From positions 111,673 to 175,672 of the forward strand of contig JAQWHM010000011.1 of the NCBI GenBank assembly GCA_029249345.1: a stretch of 64,000 nucleotides of DNA, read 5' to 3'. The translations under genes were made by a program, and so were the position numbers. Origin of the DNA: Rhodothermales bacterium. Lineage in GTDB: Bacteria > Bacteroidota > Rhodothermia > Rhodothermales > UBA10348. How positions within the stretch are numbered: position 1 is the first letter of the stretch; each line of letters opens with the position of its first letter. The notes under the pieces were generated by a model. It made no database searches and was not told the origin of the DNA. It worked only from the letters and a program-made list of their open reading frames with translations. Positions 59,744-64,000 of the stretch are shown here, in pieces.

Positions 59744-60245
59744 CCAACTTGGAGCGAATGAGACTTCTAAATCGCTCTACATTTTGCATGGGTACAAGCA
59801 GATCTAGGCGCTGCCGCTCCCCCATAAAATCCTGATACAGAAAGGCAAAGTGAGTGCGCTTTCCTTCGTCTACTTCAAAATAATCCGATATCTGACCCCA
59901 GCCCACGGCATCGTTGGAACGCCCAGCCTCAGGAATAATACCATACTCGGTGATAACGGCCGTCGAAGAGAGCGCAACGGCCACAAACCAGAAAATGCCT
60001 CCCAGAAAATACCCGCCAAAAATCCAACTATTCAAAAGTGGAGCGGTGTTTTGGACATAAACCAAAAACACGATGACCAACCCGATAAATAAGGTCGGCC
60101 AAACCGGAATAGTCGTCAGCTTAGGAGAATACCATGTCATTCTAACGCCCCTGATACGCAGTCGATGCAGCGTGGTCATCGCAAGCAACAGTCCTGTGAC
60201 TCCAAGAAAGGAGAGAACTAGAATGGTATGTATCGTATTGACCAC
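59685..60245 (-). CDS. Hypothetical membrane protein (3 TM + small C-terminal soluble domain)
   Basis: Hydrophobic helices followed by ITEYGI...VGWGQISDY; operonic between the BatA-domain gene and hflX. Confidence 0.7.
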   Translation of the reverse strand: MVNTIHTILVLSFLGVTGLLLAMTTLHRLRIRGVRMTWYSPKLTTIPVWPTLFIGLVIVFLVYVQNTAPLLNSWIFGGYFLGGIFWFVAVALSSTAVITEYGIIPEAGRSNDAVGWGQISDYFEVDEGKRTHFAFLYQDFMGERQRLDLLVPMQNVERFRSLIRSKLDVQIDHPVQRISSRKALEN

Positions 60246-60255
60246 GTTCGAATGG

Positions 60256-62415
60256 TTAAAGGGCTGATTCCGGGCGCCAATGTTTAGCGACCAGCATTTC
60301 TAGTAGCAGAAAGATCAACGCAAGCCCCAAAAAGACGTTCCAGAGCTCAATTCCGGATCGTGCCATTCTCAACTGATCGTCTAGGCTTGAAGCACCCGTG
60401 AGCGAAAGATCCAGTATGGTGATGTCAGCATCCATCTGAGATTCCAGCATCGATTCCGCGTCCGTCGGATCAGAAAGTGCAAGATTCGATTCTGCCGGAT
60501 CCGGATGCACTACAATGCGACGAACCACATCGTTGTTCACTAACACATCATACGTGCCAGGAATAAAAAACGAGCCGGTTAATTCAGCAACGACTGCTCC
60601 CAGCACGGTCCGCTGTTCAGGGACAAATTCTTGACCTGCTTCATCCCGGATCGTTATTCGTGTCGCACCGGGTACCCCCGCAAGGCGTAGTTGCATGCCA
60701 GATCCAGTAAGCATCGACTCACCACTAACCGATGCGGTAGCCGAGAGATAGTAAAGTGATCGATATAGCAGAGGAACGAAAAGTCCGCGTACGGGAAGGT
60801 CACTCCATCGCACACCTGCTTCAACACCAAACATGAGAACGGATCCTTGTCCCGAACGAATCTCTTGAAGGAAAGGAACGTCGCCCGTCAGAGAAATAAT
60901 GGTCTGCTCTGCACCCTGCGCCGGTACATAGTTCATCATGCGGAAAAACACGGGCTGCTCTAATTGAGGCGTTCGTCCAGAAAGATCCGACTCAAACATG
61001 CCCTCGAAAAGCGTGTGATCTGTATCCACTCGGTCAAATACGCCCACCGATTGGCCCGAAGCACTTCCTGCTGAAATACCCGTAATACGTCCAGCTCCTA
61101 GGTCGCTCAACAAGCCATTGAAATCATCCAACTGCATGTCATCGCCAGGGAAGATCAAAAGACCCCCACCACCCTTAACATACGCCGTCACTGCAGCGCG
61201 CTCACCCGAAGACAACGTGGTCACACCATTTAGAACGACCGCGTCAAACTGCCCAAGAACGGAAGCAGACAATGCGGTTTCAGACACTTCTTCCAAATTG
61301 AACCGTGCAGATGAAGAAGACAGTTCGGTCGAAAGCCCTAAACGCAAATAGGCACCATCCACCCCGCTTCCGTTCACAAGCAAGACATTTCGTTGTTCTG
61401 GAACGTGAAGCGTAAAGCGCCTAGAGTTGTCGTAGAGATACTGGTTGTCATCCAACGTAACTCGGCCGGCCAACCAACCCCTACTGTTAGGTAGCACCGA
61501 AAAGCGAGCAGACGAACTCGCTCCTGCGCCCAAGTCCAAGGTTGCTTGACCCACTCTTTGATCCTCTATAAAGACCGAAGCCACCACACCTCGCACATCA
61601 TCCGTTCCAAAATTGGTAAAAAGAGCCTCAATCTGTACCGGCTGATTCTGCGCAATGATTTGAGAAATAACCTGGACGTCCACAACCGCCACGTTTCCCC
61701 GTCCATCAGTTCCAACCGGCAGAAGCACCACGCGTGTTTCCGCAGAAACCGGAACCAGTGCAGAATCCGATAGCGTGCTTCCCTGAAGGTCAGAAACCAC
61801 ATAAATCTCTTTATTCAATACCGATCGCTCGTCCAGTTCAGCTGCCGCTCTCGAGATGGCCTCCGAAAGCCGGGATCCTCCTACTTGCGGCTCTAACGCG
61901 TCAATGGCTTCTCGAACCGATTCAGCATTCAGAAAAGACGATGGGGAAGGGGGTACATTAGGAGTAGGCACCAAAATCCATTCATCGCCGGATTCAAAAT
62001 CGCTCAAAAGACCCTTGGTAAGGGCCTTAGCCTGATCGATATAAGACCCAGATCCATCCCTCAATGCCATGGATGTCGAGTTATCGAAAACAAGGGCAGA
62101 AACCGTTTTACCTCGAGCACCAAACGTTCCTGCCAGATTTCCCTGAAGAGTGGGACGGGCAAATGAAAGAACGAAGCAGGCAATTGCTAGGGTACGCAGG
62201 GCCAGAAGCAACCATTGCTTGATGCGCACACGCTGCATCGTGCTCTTTTTCAATTCCTGCAAAAAGGCCAGCGAACTAAAAGCCACCCGTTGAGGTCGCC
62301 TAAAATTGAACAGATGGATGATCAGAGGAATTGCAGCAGCCGCTAGTCCAATCAGCAGAAGTGGATTAAGAAATGTCATGTGGTGATGGCGCGCAGCGGA
62401 GGAGTGAGTGATCAC
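60256..62415 (-). CDS. BatA N-terminal domain / vWA-like membrane-anchored protein
   Basis: MTFLNPLLLIGL..AIPLIIHL...FSSL, LLLALR...FARP, FDNSTSM, VVSDLQ, C-terminal TM LLLEMLV. Confidence 0.88.
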   Translation of the reverse strand: MITHSSAARHHHMTFLNPLLLIGLAAAAIPLIIHLFNFRRPQRVAFSSLAFLQELKKSTMQRVRIKQWLLLALRTLAIACFVLSFARPTLQGNLAGTFGARGKTVSALVFDNSTSMALRDGSGSYIDQAKALTKGLLSDFESGDEWILVPTPNVPPSPSSFLNAESVREAIDALEPQVGGSRLSEAISRAAAELDERSVLNKEIYVVSDLQGSTLSDSALVPVSAETRVVLLPVGTDGRGNVAVVDVQVISQIIAQNQPVQIEALFTNFGTDDVRGVVASVFIEDQRVGQATLDLGAGASSSARFSVLPNSRGWLAGRVTLDDNQYLYDNSRRFTLHVPEQRNVLLVNGSGVDGAYLRLGLSTELSSSSARFNLEEVSETALSASVLGQFDAVVLNGVTTLSSGERAAVTAYVKGGGGLLIFPGDDMQLDDFNGLLSDLGAGRITGISAGSASGQSVGVFDRVDTDHTLFEGMFESDLSGRTPQLEQPVFFRMMNYVPAQGAEQTIISLTGDVPFLQEIRSGQGSVLMFGVEAGVRWSDLPVRGLFVPLLYRSLYYLSATASVSGESMLTGSGMQLRLAGVPGATRITIRDEAGQEFVPEQRTVLGAVVAELTGSFFIPGTYDVLVNNDVVRRIVVHPDPAESNLALSDPTDAESMLESQMDADITILDLSLTGASSLDDQLRMARSGIELWNVFLGLALIFLLLEMLVAKHWRPESAL

Positions 62416-62563
62416 GTCCAGATGAGAGGCTTCCTACCGAATGTTACCGATGCCTGTTCCTGTTTTAAACCGGACATTTTTCTCGATTGAATTGGCATCC
62501 AAACTTGCCATGAGGCGTTCTCCCCGTCTACGCCCTTTTTTCCAACCTCTCTGTCTCTCATCC

Positions 62564-64000
62564 GTGGCCAAGCCCCGCGCCAAGTCTGCTGCTAAAAATC
62601 GCACCATCACCGTGCGTGGAGCACGACAACACAATCTTCAGAACGTTGATCTGGATCTGCCCAGAGGGAAGTTGATTGTTTTTACCGGACCGTCTGGATC
62701 AGGAAAATCGTCCCTCGCCTTCGACACCATTTACGCCGAAGGTCAGCGTCGATATGTGGAAAGCCTGAGTGCATATGCTCGTCAGTTCTTAGAGCGGATG
62801 GACAAACCTGATGTAGACCTCATTTCAGGCCTTGCTCCGGCTATCGCCATTGAGCAGCGCACGATGTCGAAAAACCCACGGTCCACGGTCGCGACGCAGA
62901 CTGAGATTTACGACCACCTGCGACTGCTTTATGCGCGCATTGGAACCACCTATTCTCCGGTTTCGGGTGAGGTTGTTACTCGAGATTCTCCCAGATCTGT
63001 GGCACGTGATCTCCTAGGGCAATGGGAAGAAGGCACCCGGTTTTACCTCTGCTTTCCGTTTCCATCTCACAAGAAGAGCAAGGTTAAAGACGAACTAGTT
63101 GTACTTCAAAAACGTGGCTTTTTTCGAATTCTGGCTCTTCCAACCGAGAACCAGCGAAAAAAAGGAGCCGCCGAGCAGGTCATAGATCTAAATGAGACGG
63201 ATCCAGAGACCGTCCGCATTGCTCGCGACCGGCTTTTTGTATTAGTCGACCGTCTTGCGATTCGACGCAACGACATTGCTGTCGAATCGCGGATTGCAGA
63301 CTCCGTTGAACAGGCTTTTTCAGAAGGTAGCGGTCGCTGTATTGCCGTTGTTGCCAATACAGCGGAAACCCTTTCGTTCAGTCAGTTCTTTGAACGGGAC
63401 GGAATCAGATTCGAAGAGCCGACACCACACTTTTTTTCTTTCAATTCCCCACTCGGTGCCTGCCCCACCTGTCAGGGATTCGGCCGAACCACGGGTATTG
63501 ATCCAGACCTGGTCATTCCAAACCCCGAATTATCTATTCGACAAGGCGCAATTGCTCCATTTCGCGGAGAGACCTGGAGCAAGCACTTCCGAGCACTCAT
63601 TCGTGTGGCGGCCGACGAGCGCATCTCGATTGACACGCCATTCGGTGCGCTCGATGAAGCCTCAAAAGAACTGGCCTGGGAGGGGAAAGCCGACTATTCC
63701 GGTATTAACGGACTGTTTAGTTATCTGCAAAAGAACAGCTACAAGATGCATTTTCGCATCTTTCAAGCCCGATTCAGAGGCTACTCGACGTGCACCGAGT
63801 GTAAAGGAGCGCGACTCAGAAAAGAAGCACTCTATGTCAAAATAGACGGTCATCACATCGGAGAAATCTGCGAGATGACCACCTCAGATGCACAGTCATT
63901 TTTTGACAAACTCGTGTTATCAGAACACGATGAAGCCATCGCCGGCCGAGTCCTTGAAGAAATTCGCAAGCGCTTGCGCTACCTAGTGGACGTAGGATTA
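62564..64000 (+). CDS. uvrA: Excinuclease ABC subunit A, 3' end truncated by the window (not in ORF track)
   Basis: Translated by hand: VRGARQHNLQNVDL, TGPSGSGKSSLAFDTIYAEGQRRYVES, FSFNSPLGACPTCQG; in-frame ATG also at 62510. Confidence 0.96.
   Translation, partial: MAKPRAKSAAKNRTITVRGARQHNLQNVDLDLPRGKLIVFTGPSGSGKSSLAFDTIYAEGQRRYVESLSAYARQFLERMDKPDVDLISGLAPAIAIEQRTMSKNPRSTVATQTEIYDHLRLLYARIGTTYSPVSGEVVTRDSPRSVARDLLGQWEEGTRFYLCFPFPSHKKSKVKDELVVLQKRGFFRILALPTENQRKKGAAEQVIDLNETDPETVRIARDRLFVLVDRLAIRRNDIAVESRIADSVEQAFSEGSGRCIAVVANTAETLSFSQFFERDGIRFEEPTPHFFSFNSPLGACPTCQGFGRTTGIDPDLVIPNPELSIRQGAIAPFRGETWSKHFRALIRVAADERISIDTPFGALDEASKELAWEGKADYSGINGLFSYLQKNSYKMHFRIFQARFRGYSTCTECKGARLRKEALYVKIDGHHIGEICEMTTSDAQSFFDKLVLSEHDEAIAGRVLEEIRKRLRYLVDVGL

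Noticed and set aside
220-63856. The many 60-200 aa ORFs antisense or out-of-frame within identified genes (e.g. 3328-3900, 41029-41577, 63255-63845)
   Set aside because: They lie inside well-supported genes and show no recognisable motifs; shadow ORFs. 63255-63845 is an alternate frame of uvrA.
1-64000. CRISPR array, tRNA/rRNA, IS, integrase, prophage or defence genes
   Set aside because: No regularly spaced repeats, cloverleafs, or transposase/integrase/nuclease motifs seen; all intergenic gaps are under about 500 nt.

Overview
A 64 kb chromosomal window, inferred from gene content to come from a Rhodothermota/Bacteroidota-lineage bacterium (T9SS-type C-terminal domains, TonB receptor plus lipoprotein pairs, dcw cluster with murE directly followed by mraY). 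I saw no CRISPR array, tRNA, rRNA, IS or prophage. The left half (1-35 kb) is accessory/envelope DNA. It holds a DadA-like oxidoreductase coupled to a kinase-M23-PLP enzyme fusion, a membrane-anchored MutS-like ATPase, a Gfo/IolE pair, phoB-phoR-marR-yhhQ, two 7-repeat FG-GAP proteins, ilvE, a tandem-duplicated TonB receptor/lipoprotein module, a small histidine-triad membrane protein, a T9SS M1 aminopeptidase, a cobalamin-riboswitch-led btuB-btuG-(2Fe-2S) operon, TolC-MlaC-glycosyltransferase, and a degenerate GH2-like membrane protein. The right half is core: mraZ to ftsZ, pyrG, glycosyltransferases, gyrB, a CBS protein, hflX, a BatA-domain protein, and uvrA (absent from the ORF track because it runs off the window). 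The best leads are a compact multi-stem RNA plus terminator downstream of ftsZ, the tri-domain fusion enzyme, a possible protein/peptide-foraging locus (12-25 kb) with a His-triad mini-protein, and a cobalamin riboswitch with an unusually extended P4. All calls are by-eye motif recognition; no searches or folding programs were run.
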